A DNA stretch of 64,000 nt, taken from the NCBI GenBank assembly GCA_965249575.1, contig OZ252244.1:1504001-1568000 (forward strand), in the 5' to 3' direction. Origin of the DNA: Gemmatimonadales bacterium (GTDB taxonomy: Bacteria; Gemmatimonadota; Gemmatimonadetes; Gemmatimonadales; GWC2-71-9). The position numbers and the translations under genes are program-made. Below are positions 46,321 through 56,158 of this stretch, piece by piece. The notes beneath the pieces were generated by a model. That model saw nothing but the letters and a program-made list of their open reading frames with translations. It was not told the DNA's origin and searched no databases. How positions within the stretch are numbered: position 1 is the stretch's first letter; each line of letters starts with the position of its first letter.

Positions 46321-47712
46321 CTACTGTATGCGCTGCACCGCTACCTTGGCGACCGGGTCGTTCCAGCCGTGATCGTCGGGGAACAGATCTCCTACGCCGT
46401 GGATTCCTCGATGGGGCCTGACGACGCCTTGGGTGGGTGTCCGGTTGTTCTCCCCGTCGGGCGCCGCCGCCACCGGCCCGATGCCGCCGCACGGATCGAC
46501 GATGCTGGTGAACAGCTCATCGTTGAGCTCGGTTCCCGAGTCATAGGAGCGGGCCGAGTACGTCCTCGGCTCCCACCCGACAGGCAGCCAGACGCCGGGG
46601 AGACCCGCGAAGCCGTCGTTCGTGCAGATCAGCATGACCGACAAGGACAGGAAGTTGGCCCTCCCAAGCGCGGCCACCTCGACCGAAAGGGTGTTGGGAC
46701 CTGGGCCGCCTATCCGGTGAATGGGAGCGGCCGTGCCGACGACGTCGTGCACTCCCCGGGCGCCTGAAAACTCGCTTTCGGCAACTGAAGGGTCTCCGTT
46801 CTCCGCGATCAGGCGAACGCCTTCGGACGCCGCGTGCCCGACACGAAACAACCGCTGCCGCGCGACGTGTGTCGCGACCACACCGGGAGAGAAAGGCTGC
46901 GAGCTGGTCAGATTCTCGATGCTGACGCGATAGATCCGCTCCATCGGGATACGCCGGATCGCGATTTTGGCGGCTGGTCCGACCCAGCCGTGGTCGTCGG
47001 GGAAGAGGTCTCCGCCACCACGAATCCCGCGGTGCATTCTGACGACCTCATCCGGCGTGGCCGTCCGGTCGTTCAGGCCGTCCGCCGGGGCGGCCACCGG
47101 CCCGATGGCACCACAGGGATCGACGATGCTGGTGAACAATTCGTCGTTGAGCTCGGTGCCCGCATCGTACGCATGTCCGCGCCGCATGATCGTCCGGAAT
47201 CCCTGCGGCAGCCGGACATTGTTCAAGCCCACGAACCCGTCGTTGGTGCAGATGAGCATGACCGCGAGCGACAGGTGCGTGGCGCCAGGGCTCGCGCCGA
47301 TCTTGACGGTGAGCGAGCTCGGGCCGGGCCCGCCGACGCGATGGACCGGCGCCGCGGTGGCGACGACTTCGTGCACTCCGGGCGCTCCGCTCAGGTCCGC
47401 TTCGGCAACCGATGGGTCGCCATTCTCAGCGATGAGGCGAATGCCCTCGGACGCGGGGTCCCCGCGCTTGAACAGCGTGTGCCCCCTCGCGTGTGTTACG
47501 ACGACACCCGGAGAAAACGGCTGGCCCGTCGTGAGGTTTTCGATCGTCACCTCGTACATGGTGACGGCGCCGGGGGGCGCGTGTGCGACGCCCCCACCCA
47601 CCGAGAAGTCCGGCGTGGCGGTCGCATCCGGTTGCGTGATGTCGGAGCGCTCTGCGCAGCCCGCTAGGCCGAGCACCACGATCAGTGAAAGACTCGACAA
47701 CCTCTTCATCAT
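46321..47712 (-). CDS. Lipoprotein with two tandem Spondin_N domains
   Basis: GAGGAGG RBS; lipobox LAGC; twice IENLT..QPFSPGV, AENGDP, MLICTNDGF.GL, YD.GTELNDE. Confidence 0.9.
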   Translation of the reverse strand: MMKRLSSLSLIVVLGLAGCAERSDITQPDATATPDFSVGGGVAHAPPGAVTMYEVTIENLTTGQPFSPGVVVTHARGHTLFKRGDPASEGIRLIAENGDPSVAEADLSGAPGVHEVVATAAPVHRVGGPGPSSLTVKIGASPGATHLSLAVMLICTNDGFVGLNNVRLPQGFRTIMRRGHAYDAGTELNDELFTSIVDPCGAIGPVAAPADGLNDRTATPDEVVRMHRGIRGGGDLFPDDHGWVGPAAKIAIRRIPMERIYRVSIENLTSSQPFSPGVVATHVARQRLFRVGHAASEGVRLIAENGDPSVAESEFSGARGVHDVVGTAAPIHRIGGPGPNTLSVEVAALGRANFLSLSVMLICTNDGFAGLPGVWLPVGWEPRTYSARSYDSGTELNDELFTSIVDPCGGIGPVAAAPDGENNRTPTQGVVRPHRGIHGVGDLFPDDHGWNDPVAKVAVQRIQ

Positions 47713-47875
47713 TTCCTCCTCAGGCGAATCGAATCGCCGGCGAGTGCCGACGTGCTCCGGCAACCTGGGCTCGCGACCCAGCGCTCGACAGAGGGGAGGA
47801 GGGAGTCTTAGAGGATTCTCACGGTTCTCTAATGAGTTGGCACGGCGGCACTAAGCGCGCGAATCGCGGTGGAGG

Positions 47876-48844
47876 CTACGGGATCAGCAGCACCTTGCCG
47901 GTCGTCTTGCGCCCCTTGAGAGCGCGGTGGGCCTCGCCGGCATGCGACAGCGGGAACTCGTGCTCGATCCGAAGCTCGAGCGAGCCATCGCGGACCCAGC
48001 CGAGCACTTCGTTCGCGCGCCCGAGCAGCTCGTCGCGCGACGCGATATACGCGAAGAGGCTGGGCCGCGTGACGAAGAGCGATCCCTTTGCGTTCAGGAC
48101 GTTCAAGTCGAAAGGCGGCACCGGCCCGCTCGACTGGCCGAACAGCACCATCATGCCGCGCCGGCGCAGACAATTGAGGCTTTTGTTGAAAGTCGCGGCG
48201 CCGACGCTGTCGTACACAACGCTCACACCCTCTCCCCCCGTGAGCCGTTTGACCTCCGCCTCGAAGTCCTGATCGGTGTACCGGATGGTGTGATCCGCCC
48301 CGGCTGCGCGGGCCAGGGCCGCCTTTTCGTCGGTGGACACCGTTCCGATGACGGTCGCGCCACGGCGCTTGGCGATCTGGCAGAACAGCAGGCCGACACC
48401 GCCCGCGGCCGCGTGGATGAGACAGACGTCATTCGCATTGAGCGGGTGTGTCGAGACGGTGAGGTAATGCGCCGTCATGCCCTGGAGCATCGCGGCCGCC
48501 GCGTCTCGAGTGGAGAGACCATCGGGAATCCGGACCACGCGGTCGGCCGGCACGGCGTGCCGCTCCGCGTAGGCACCTCGAATCCCCGTATAGACCACGC
48601 GGTCGCCGGGAGCCACTCCCAATACATCAGGCCCCACGGCCATCACCGTGCCCGCGCCCTCAAGCCCCAGAGTAAATGGCGTGTCGGCCCGGTAAAGCCC
48701 GGAGCGGAAGTAGATGTCGATGAAATTGACGCCGATCGATTCCAACTCGACCACGACGTGACCCGGTGAGGCGTCTGGATCGGGGACATCGTCGACGCGC
48801 ATGGCGTCGATCCCGCCCGGTGAGTGTACCCTGACGGCTTTCAA
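47876..48844 (-). CDS. qor: NADPH:quinone oxidoreductase (zeta-crystallin/MDR)
   Basis: IGVNFID, LGLEGAG, MLQGMTAHYL, HAAAGGVG, VVYDSVG, FGQSSG, TTGKVLL. Confidence 0.92.
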   Translation of the reverse strand: MKAVRVHSPGGIDAMRVDDVPDPDASPGHVVVELESIGVNFIDIYFRSGLYRADTPFTLGLEGAGTVMAVGPDVLGVAPGDRVVYTGIRGAYAERHAVPADRVVRIPDGLSTRDAAAAMLQGMTAHYLTVSTHPLNANDVCLIHAAAGGVGLLFCQIAKRRGATVIGTVSTDEKAALARAAGADHTIRYTDQDFEAEVKRLTGGEGVSVVYDSVGAATFNKSLNCLRRRGMMVLFGQSSGPVPPFDLNVLNAKGSLFVTRPSLFAYIASRDELLGRANEVLGWVRDGSLELRIEHEFPLSHAGEAHRALKGRKTTGKVLLIP

Positions 48845-48866
48845 GCGCGGCGCGCGACCCGCTCGA

Positions 48867-49079
48867 TCATCGCGAGAGCGAGTCCTCCATCGCCCGCCGG
48901 GCCTCGGCGGCATCCGTCACTCCGATGGCACCCCGCACGACCCCCGCTCCTGGCAGGGCGGACGCGCCTATCGCACTGTCTCGTTGCTGCTGTGTGACCG
49001 GGTCGCCAGCGCTCGTGTCGGCCGATTCCGACGAGCACGCTACCGCCGCGAGGAGTGCGATACATTGGACGATTCGCAT
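48867..49079 (-). CDS. Small hypothetical lipoprotein (70 aa)
   Basis: GGAGG RBS; ALLAAVAC lipobox; TQQQRDSAIGAS.LPGA. Confidence 0.7.
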   Translation of the reverse strand: MRIVQCIALLAAVACSSESADTSAGDPVTQQQRDSAIGASALPGAGVVRGAIGVTDAAEARRAMEDSLSR

Positions 49080-49192
49080 GGTTCACCTCCGAGCACACCA
49101 AGATAAGGATTAGGGTCCCGACCCTACCGCTCCCGCCGTTGCTTACGAATCTGGTTCATATGACTTCCCCGAAGGGCGTGGACCCGGGTCGC

Positions 49193-51805
49193 TCAGGGCT
49201 GGGCGAACCCGCCTACCCAGATGGGGCTCGACCAGGCAACCCCGTCGTCGAGCTGAGTGACCCGCACGTAGTAATTGTCTCCTGGTAACGGCTCAGCCGA
49301 ATCGACGAACTCGAACTCGCGCTCCAGGGACGCGTTTTCCCGAATGCGGCGCAAGGACACCGTATCGCGGAACGGATCGTCGGGGAACACGCGGGACACG
49401 GTACCGCTCTCCAGATCCCGAAGCGCGAACGACGCCCGTCCCGGCAGGCTGATGAGGTGCCGGGGCTCGGCGTAGGCGATCCGAGCGTAGAACGCACGGA
49501 CAGCTTCCGGTGCCGCGTGCATTGTCAACTCGAGCGTCGCATCGGGGCGCACGTCCTTCAGCTCGAGGATGATCGATTTCTCCGAGCCACGCGTCATGAC
49601 GACGAAATCGAGCACTGAGCGATCGTCCTCCCGCACCGTGACCGACTGCAGCACCCGATTTTGAATCGACGGCGTCGAAAACGATCCTAGCTCGGCGCCC
49701 CGCAGCCGGAGGCTCCCCTCCCACCGGCGCCATCCGCGCGGCACGTCGAACACTCGCGGATCGGAGTCCGACCAAAAAACCACTTCGAACCGATCGGATG
49801 ACCCCGCCGGCGCCGTCAGGAGATCGCGAGTCTCAAGGTCCTGTCCGTTCTTCACGAGCGTGATCTTGTCTATGGGGGCCGTACCGATCACCCTGCCAGC
49901 CACACGACGGGTGGAGTCGAACTCCGCCCGCGTCCCCATGGGCGACCCGTTGAGATTGACGTCGAGGATCATTCGCTGTCCCGTCGTGCCGTAGGTCCTA
50001 CGGCCGCGGAGCGCGTCAAAGATGGCGTCTGAGGTCTTTTCCGGTGCCAGCACCGCCGCCAAGCCGCTCCGCTGCGTATAACCGTACAAGAAGGGCGCGG
50101 AGTAGCCAGGATGGCTGAAGTGATCATCCGACGCGGCGATGAACCCCACGCCACGACCCAACCCGAGATACCGCCGTCCGTACCATTCGAAGTTACCGTG
50201 GCCCGACATCACCTCCACCAGCCGCTCCATCTCCGAGTGGCTCGCCCGCCAGTCCCCGGGCTGATGCGCGTGCGGGATGATCAGCACGTCGTCGAGTTCG
50301 TTTTCTTCGGCCAGGCGTCGATAGAGCTCTGACTGAACGGGAGCCGTCTGCAGGGGCACGCGATCCCGGCCGTCGGGGGTTCGGAACAAGACGTTGTGAT
50401 GTCCCCCGCGGCGCCGGTTGACGGTCCACTCGTACCCCAGGAACGCGATGAACTCGCCCTCCGCGTGGTAGCGCCGGACGTTCTCCCGCAACGTTTCCCA
50501 CTCGCGGTCGTCCAGCCACACGTCGTGCTCCGAGTGGGTGATGAAATCGAGCCGCGATTCGTCCCGGCCGAATCGGTAGTATCCGTCCGGCGTCCCCAGC
50601 CCCTCGGCAAATCCGGAATGGCCGTGGGTATCGCCCCAGTAGACGTGCCACGCCGGGTCGGTGCGAACCCAGACGGGGTTGCTCTGGCCGGTAACGGCAC
50701 CGTCCGGTGATCGGAACGTGAACCGATAGACGCCCGGGTCGTCGAGCCGGATGCCTTCGATGGCCGTAATGGCGGAGTCACCGCTTGGAATCGTTCGAAA
50801 CGCCTCGCCGTTGAGTCGGACCTCGTAGGCTGGAATCGGACCGCTGGCCTTGTTGAGGTACCGGTCCTCGCTCCGCACCGACAGTGTGAAGGGAAGGCCC
50901 GCGTCTACGGTCGAAGGCGCGAAGCCGTGTACGGCGAAGACGCTCTGCCCCGCAACTTGGTACGTTTGTAGCGGCAGGGTGACGAAATTGTCCGAGCCGT
51001 CGAAGTCGACGTAGAGGGGCAGCGGCACCGCATCATTGCTGTAGTCCTGGATCCGCACGCCCTTCGAGCCGCTAGTCGTATCACCGTAGGTGATGGCTAT
51101 GGTGTCTCCCCCAACCAGCGGACTCCCAACCACACGAAACACCGGCGGCATCGTCCCCACCTCGGCCCGGCCATGCAATCCGTACCACATCAGGGTGTCA
51201 GGCTCCAGGGACGTACCGCCGCGCGAAATGTCGACGGACACGTATCCCTCTCCGTCCGGGCGGTGCGTCTGAAAGTTGGTCCCGTCAGGAAACGGGTAGC
51301 TCTGAAAATGGCGGCCGACGAGCAACCCACCACCGGGTTGGATGGGAATGTCACCGACGACGTAGGTGAGGTGTATGGTCTGATGGCTCCCCGCGACGCA
51401 CGGTGACGCGGCGTCGCTGGAGAGCGTGCCAAACGCCGACGGAGGGTTCTCGTCCCGGATGCGCAGCTCGTTGATGAGCATGTCAACCGTGGCCAACACG
51501 CGTGCGCCGACGGAATCGACATCGGGATTCAAGACCCCCGCCACGATGGCCGGCAGATCGGGATTCAATGGAGCACCCGTCATCGACAGCGCGTTGGACC
51601 ACTCCCACATGAGCCGCACACGCTCCTCGACGTTTTCCTGCGACGTGAGTTCCTGTGCCCATTCGGCCTTGAGTCGGTCCACCCCCACGCGCACGGGCGG
51701 CGACAAGTAGTCCGCGGCTCGCCCACCCGTCGACTCGCAGCCGGCCATGGCAACGCACGCTAGCAACGCGACCGGCGTGCGCACGCCGAGTCCTCTAGCC
51801 ACCAT
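49193..51805 (-). CDS. DUF3604/PHP-like metallohydrolase lipoprotein
   Basis: MAGC lipobox; WGDTHGHS, LDF..SEHD, GYEWT, GHHNV, IPHAH, GFIAASDDH, YYVRVTQ...AWSSPIW. Confidence 0.85.
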   Translation of the reverse strand: MVARGLGVRTPVALLACVAMAGCESTGGRAADYLSPPVRVGVDRLKAEWAQELTSQENVEERVRLMWEWSNALSMTGAPLNPDLPAIVAGVLNPDVDSVGARVLATVDMLINELRIRDENPPSAFGTLSSDAASPCVAGSHQTIHLTYVVGDIPIQPGGGLLVGRHFQSYPFPDGTNFQTHRPDGEGYVSVDISRGGTSLEPDTLMWYGLHGRAEVGTMPPVFRVVGSPLVGGDTIAITYGDTTSGSKGVRIQDYSNDAVPLPLYVDFDGSDNFVTLPLQTYQVAGQSVFAVHGFAPSTVDAGLPFTLSVRSEDRYLNKASGPIPAYEVRLNGEAFRTIPSGDSAITAIEGIRLDDPGVYRFTFRSPDGAVTGQSNPVWVRTDPAWHVYWGDTHGHSGFAEGLGTPDGYYRFGRDESRLDFITHSEHDVWLDDREWETLRENVRRYHAEGEFIAFLGYEWTVNRRRGGHHNVLFRTPDGRDRVPLQTAPVQSELYRRLAEENELDDVLIIPHAHQPGDWRASHSEMERLVEVMSGHGNFEWYGRRYLGLGRGVGFIAASDDHFSHPGYSAPFLYGYTQRSGLAAVLAPEKTSDAIFDALRGRRTYGTTGQRMILDVNLNGSPMGTRAEFDSTRRVAGRVIGTAPIDKITLVKNGQDLETRDLLTAPAGSSDRFEVVFWSDSDPRVFDVPRGWRRWEGSLRLRGAELGSFSTPSIQNRVLQSVTVREDDRSVLDFVVMTRGSEKSIILELKDVRPDATLELTMHAAPEAVRAFYARIAYAEPRHLISLPGRASFALRDLESGTVSRVFPDDPFRDTVSLRRIRENASLEREFEFVDSAEPLPGDNYYVRVTQLDDGVAWSSPIWVGGFAQP

Positions 51806-52956
51806 CACGAAACCTCCAATACGCGCTGTAGGGTCCACACAACGCCGACGAGCGCGATCCCGAGGGACGCGGGAACAACGAAGCCGATTCGATACCACTC
51901 CCGAGACCGGAACCAGGCGGTGCCGAGCAGCGCGAACGTGATCACCGCTACCTGGCCTCCCTCGACACCGAGATTGAATCCCGCCAGTGCGGGGACCGTC
52001 TGGGCCGCTGGAAGCCGGAGCTCACGCAGCACGTCCGCGAACCCGAGGCCGTGCAGGAGTCCGAAGCCGAACACGACCGCCGGCCGCCAGGCTCGGAGCC
52101 GGGAAGTCATGAGATTCTCCGCCGCAATGACAGCAATCGACAACGCGATGAGGGGCTCGACGACCGAGCCGGGAAGAGAGACCACGCCGTACACCGCAAG
52201 AACGAGAGTGACGGAGTGCGCGACCGTGAAGGCGCTGACTTGCCATAGCAGCGGCTTGAGCCGGGTGCTGAGCAGGAAGAGCCCCAACACGAACAGGATG
52301 TGATCGAGTCCTCGCGGCAGGATGTGTTCGAACCCAAGCGAGGCGTAGTGCATGAGAATACCGGCGGAAGACGGCCCACCCCCCTCATCGCTACTCGAGC
52401 CGGCGGCCATTGGCACCGGTAGGCTGGCCAGCCCCGGGCCGACGAGTTGGGTAGCCACAACCGAATCGTCCCTGGCGGCGGTTATCAGGACCGGTCCGAT
52501 TTGGTAAGGGAAAGCGGTGATCACGTGTCGCGCACCGGCTGGCGCCCGGCCTCGGATCACCACGGGCGGCGCCCGCTCCGGAGCCGTTGACAGGCCGTCC
52601 CGCCGAATCCACCGCTCGTCGGGGAAGGCTACCGAGAGCCGCTGCGCGGCGGCGCCATCGACCCGAATGTCGAGTCGGTCGATGAAATGCTCACGTGCAT
52701 GCGCGACTAGCCTCCGCAGCTCACCGTCCGACATGGAGCGAAGGCGCACCCAGTCGTCGAGCGACAGATGCGCTGGCTCGGCTTCCAGTACATAGGCGGC
52801 GACGTGAAACGATACCGTGATCTCGAAGGGGCCGTCATCGTGGAATACCAGTCCCGCGACGGCGTACTCCAGATCGTGCCCAGTCGCACCTGCAAGCCCG
52901 GTTCTCGGTAAGGCGAGCGCCACAGCCAACAGCACGACGATGCAGCCGAACCTCAT
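51805..52956 (-). CDS. HupE/UreJ-family membrane protein with periplasmic N-domain
   Basis: LGFEHIL..GLDHILF, AFTVAHSVTL, VEPLIALSI, FGLLHGLGFA, FNLGVE.GQ. Confidence 0.9.
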   Translation of the reverse strand: MRFGCIVVLLAVALALPRTGLAGATGHDLEYAVAGLVFHDDGPFEITVSFHVAAYVLEAEPAHLSLDDWVRLRSMSDGELRRLVAHAREHFIDRLDIRVDGAAAQRLSVAFPDERWIRRDGLSTAPERAPPVVIRGRAPAGARHVITAFPYQIGPVLITAARDDSVVATQLVGPGLASLPVPMAAGSSSDEGGGPSSAGILMHYASLGFEHILPRGLDHILFVLGLFLLSTRLKPLLWQVSAFTVAHSVTLVLAVYGVVSLPGSVVEPLIALSIAVIAAENLMTSRLRAWRPAVVFGFGLLHGLGFADVLRELRLPAAQTVPALAGFNLGVEGGQVAVITFALLGTAWFRSREWYRIGFVVPASLGIALVGVVWTLQRVLEVS

Positions 52957-52984
52957 GGCACTCCCCGGATTGGGTGCTTCGCGA

Positions 52985-54532
52985 TCAGCTCAGTCCGAAC
53001 TCTCGAATCTTGCGATACAGCGTTCGCTCGCCGATGCCCAGACGCTCCGCCGCCCGGCGCCGATTGCCGTTCGTCTCATCGAGCGCCGCCTCGATCGCCG
53101 CTCGCTCCACGTCGGACATCGTCATGCCGCTGCGATACACCACCGGCCGTTCGGATTCCCGTACCGGCTCGGTTTCGGGCTCGCTGCCCTCAGTCCAACT
53201 TTCGGGCGGGATCTCCTCGAACTCGGGCGACTCAGCCTCGCGCCCGACATCGATCACCTCGATGGGCCCTGCGCCCCCGTCCATCCTTCGGCGCAGCTCT
53301 TCGAATTGCAGTTTGAGCTCGACCAGGCTTCGGAAGATGAATTCGAGCTCGTGCCCCTGCATCTGCCCCGCTGCGCCCGACACGCGGACCGGAAGGAGCC
53401 GGGTTCCGCCCTGCCGGACGTCGAGCGGAATGTCCTCGGACGAGACCTTGCGGCCCGGAGCCAAGACCACCATCGACTCGATGAGGTTTCGCAGCTGCCG
53501 GACGTTCCCCGGCCAGTGTGCGTTGACGAGGAGTTGGATGGCGCCCTTCGTGATGCCCGGAAACGGTAGGTTGTGCCGCTCGCTGATTTCCTTCGTGAAC
53601 CGCCGGATGAGTATGGGGATATCGGACTTTCGTTCCCGTAAAGGCGGCAGGTAGATGGTCAGCACGTTGAGCCGGTAGAACAGATCGTCGCGAAAATGGC
53701 CGAGCGCTACCTGTTCCTTCAACGCGCGATTGGTGGCCGCGATGACCCGTACGTCCACCCTGATGGGTTTGGTCCCGCCCACGCGGAAGAACGCCTGATT
53801 CTCGAGAACTCTCAGGAGCTTGACCTGCGTGGCCCGCGGCATCTCGCCGACTTCATCGAGAAAGATCGTGCCACCGTCCGCGAGCTCGAAGCGGCCCAAC
53901 CGGCGTTCGGCGGCTCCCGTGAAGGCACCCTTCTCGTGCCCGAAAAGCTCCGACTCGAGCAGCGACTCCGGCAACGCGGCGCAGTTTACGGCGATGAAGG
54001 ACTTCTCCCGCCGTGGTGAGAGCTGGTGGATGCCTTGGGCGACGAGCTCCTTCCCCGTGCCGGACTCTCCCGAGATGAGCACGGTGCTCGACACTGGGGC
54101 CATCTGCCCTATGCGGACGAGGACTTCCTGAATCGCCGCGCTCTCGCCCACGATGCCCGTCCGCTCCTGCATGCGGCGTCGCTCGATGAGCCGGCCGGCG
54201 GTCGCGATCACCTCGGATGGATCGCTGGGCTTGACCACCCAGGCCGTGAGCCCGAGCTGTCGCGCCTTGAGGGTGGGATCGCTCTCGGTCGGCTCGAGCA
54301 GCCCGAGCACCGATATCGATCGGTCCCGCGCCATGGAAATCAGCTCAGCGGCGGGGCGCTCGTGTACCGAACCCGTGAGCACGACCACGTCTGGGTTGAA
54401 GCGCTTCAGCGCCGCGCCCACGTTGTCGAGCGACGACACCATTTCCGTGACAAAGCTGGCCTCCTCGAACGCCGCGTTGATCCGCACCGCGGCCTCGAGG
54501 TCGTCCATCGTGACGAGGGCACTATCGGTCAT
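52985..54532 (-). CDS. Sigma54-dependent activator (pseudo-receiver - AAA+ - Fis HTH)
   Basis: GESGTGKE, ESELFGHEKGAFTGA, FLDE, FRDDLFYRL, WPGNVRQL, LGIGERTLYRK. Confidence 0.95.
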   Translation of the reverse strand: MTDSALVTMDDLEAAVRINAAFEEASFVTEMVSSLDNVGAALKRFNPDVVVLTGSVHERPAAELISMARDRSISVLGLLEPTESDPTLKARQLGLTAWVVKPSDPSEVIATAGRLIERRRMQERTGIVGESAAIQEVLVRIGQMAPVSSTVLISGESGTGKELVAQGIHQLSPRREKSFIAVNCAALPESLLESELFGHEKGAFTGAAERRLGRFELADGGTIFLDEVGEMPRATQVKLLRVLENQAFFRVGGTKPIRVDVRVIAATNRALKEQVALGHFRDDLFYRLNVLTIYLPPLRERKSDIPILIRRFTKEISERHNLPFPGITKGAIQLLVNAHWPGNVRQLRNLIESMVVLAPGRKVSSEDIPLDVRQGGTRLLPVRVSGAAGQMQGHELEFIFRSLVELKLQFEELRRRMDGGAGPIEVIDVGREAESPEFEEIPPESWTEGSEPETEPVRESERPVVYRSGMTMSDVERAAIEAALDETNGNRRRAAERLGIGERTLYRKIREFGLS

Positions 54533-55023
54533 CCGTGGTCCGTTGGCTGCCGGGTGAGGAGCTGCACCGCGTGCTCCAAGATAGGGGCGAGCACGGACAG
54601 CCCGTCCCGCACGCCGGTCGGACTGCCCGGCAGGTTGACGATGAGCGCCGCGCCGCGCGTGCCTGCCACACCTCGCGAGAGGGCGCTGCGGGGTGTCTTC
54701 GCCAGACCGGCCGCCCGGATCGCTTCGGCGATGCCCGGCGCTTCGCGTTCCAGCACCGCGAGCGTGGCCTCAGGTGTAACGTCTCGGCCGCCGAGGCCCG
54801 TGCCTCCCGTGGTCACCAGAACATCGGCGACATCCTCGTCTGCCCAGCGAGTCAAGACACCCGCGATGAGATCGGTCTCGTCTGGGACGACCTCGCGGGC
54901 CGCCACATCGTACCCGAGATCCCGGGACCACGCAGCGATGGCCGCGCCTGAAGTGTCGTCACGCCGCCCGGCAGCGCCCAGGTCCGACACCGTGAGAATG
55001 CCGACACGAATCGGAGGACTCAA
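54529..55023 (-). CDS. MogA/MoaB molybdopterin adenylyltransferase
   Basis: LTVSD, DTSG, VVPDE, TTGGTG..RDVTPEA, SRGVAG, NLPGSP. Confidence 0.93.
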   Translation of the reverse strand: MSPPIRVGILTVSDLGAAGRRDDTSGAAIAAWSRDLGYDVAAREVVPDETDLIAGVLTRWADEDVADVLVTTGGTGLGGRDVTPEATLAVLEREAPGIAEAIRAAGLAKTPRSALSRGVAGTRGAALIVNLPGSPTGVRDGLSVLAPILEHAVQLLTRQPTDHG

Positions 55024-55035
55024 CGCTCGATCCCG

Positions 55036-56148
55036 TTATCCGGGTCCCGCTGTCCCGCGAGTGTAGAAGGGCAGTTTGACCACGTCAGCCGGAACTCGTT
55101 TCCCCCGGTAGCCGATCTCGATACGCGTTCCGGGAGCAGTCGAATGTGTAGGGAGGTAAGTCGTCCCGATGGCCTGTTTCAGTGTCGGGCTGAAGCCTCC
55201 GCTCCGCACCACGTCCACCGCGCGCCCGCCCAAAAAGACTTCGTACCCCTGGCGCGGTATTGCGCCCCGCTCCGGACACGTGAACCCAACGAGCCGCCTG
55301 CCAGGGCCTTTTGGCTTGAGCGCCTCGAGGGCCGCGCGCCCAACGAATGGCGCCCCCTTGGTCAGCTTCACAATCCAGCCCAGGCCCGCCTCGTACGGGG
55401 TGACCGTCTCGTCCATATCGTTACCATAGAGCCGCATACCGGCCTCCAGGCGGAGAGAGTCTCGAGCCCCGAGCCCGATCGGCGCCGCGCGCCCATGACC
55501 CACCAGCGCGTGCCACATGACTTCAGCGTGCGCTATCCGGAAGTACAACTCGAAGCCGTCTTCACCGGTGTAGCCCGTCCTGGAGACGAAGCACTCGACG
55601 CCGGCCACCTGCCCCGTCGCGAAGTGGTAATACGGGATCTCGGCCAGAACCACGCGAGTGAGCGACTGCACCAGCGCCTCGCTCATCGGGCCTTGCACGG
55701 CGAGGAGCGCGTCGTCGTCGGTGATGTTTCGCACTCGGATGTTGGCCGACCCCTTGCGCGTGACGATGTGTTTCCAATCCTTCTCGGTGTTGGCGGCGTT
55801 CACGACCATCATGATGCGGTCGTCGAAGCGATAGACCAGACAATCGTCGAGAAAGGTGCCCTCGGGGGTGAGCATGGCGGAATACTGGGCCTGCCCCTCG
55901 GACAGCGCTCCCACATCGTTGCACGTGATGCGATTGACGAACGCGTTCCGGTCGGGCCCGCTGATCTCGAACTCGCCCATGTGGGACACGTCGAACACCC
56001 CCACGGCGGTTCGGACGATCTCGTGCTCCCGCGTAATACCGGTCGGGTACTGCACCGGCATCTCGTATCCGGCAAACGGCACGAGTTTTCCATCTGCGGC
56101 TACGTGCAGGTCGTAAAACGGCGTTCGCTTCAATGCTCGCCCGTCCAT
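55036..56148 (-). CDS. gcvT: Glycine cleavage system aminomethyltransferase T
   Basis: LKRTPFY, FAGYEMP, FDVSHMGE, SRTGYTGEDGFE, GLGARDSLRLEAG..LYG. Confidence 0.97.
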   Translation of the reverse strand: MDGRALKRTPFYDLHVAADGKLVPFAGYEMPVQYPTGITREHEIVRTAVGVFDVSHMGEFEISGPDRNAFVNRITCNDVGALSEGQAQYSAMLTPEGTFLDDCLVYRFDDRIMMVVNAANTEKDWKHIVTRKGSANIRVRNITDDDALLAVQGPMSEALVQSLTRVVLAEIPYYHFATGQVAGVECFVSRTGYTGEDGFELYFRIAHAEVMWHALVGHGRAAPIGLGARDSLRLEAGMRLYGNDMDETVTPYEAGLGWIVKLTKGAPFVGRAALEALKPKGPGRRLVGFTCPERGAIPRQGYEVFLGGRAVDVVRSGGFSPTLKQAIGTTYLPTHSTAPGTRIEIGYRGKRVPADVVKLPFYTRGTAGPG

Positions 56149-56158
56149 GATGTGTTGC

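Noticed and set aside
46321..47560. Long direct repeat as a possible DGR template/variable pair or CRISPR array
   Set aside because: In-frame domain duplication; no reverse transcriptase, no evident adenine-specific pattern, no spacers.
47838..47856. TGGCAC as a sigma54 -24 element
   Set aside because: No TTGC at -12, and it points away from the nearest gene start.
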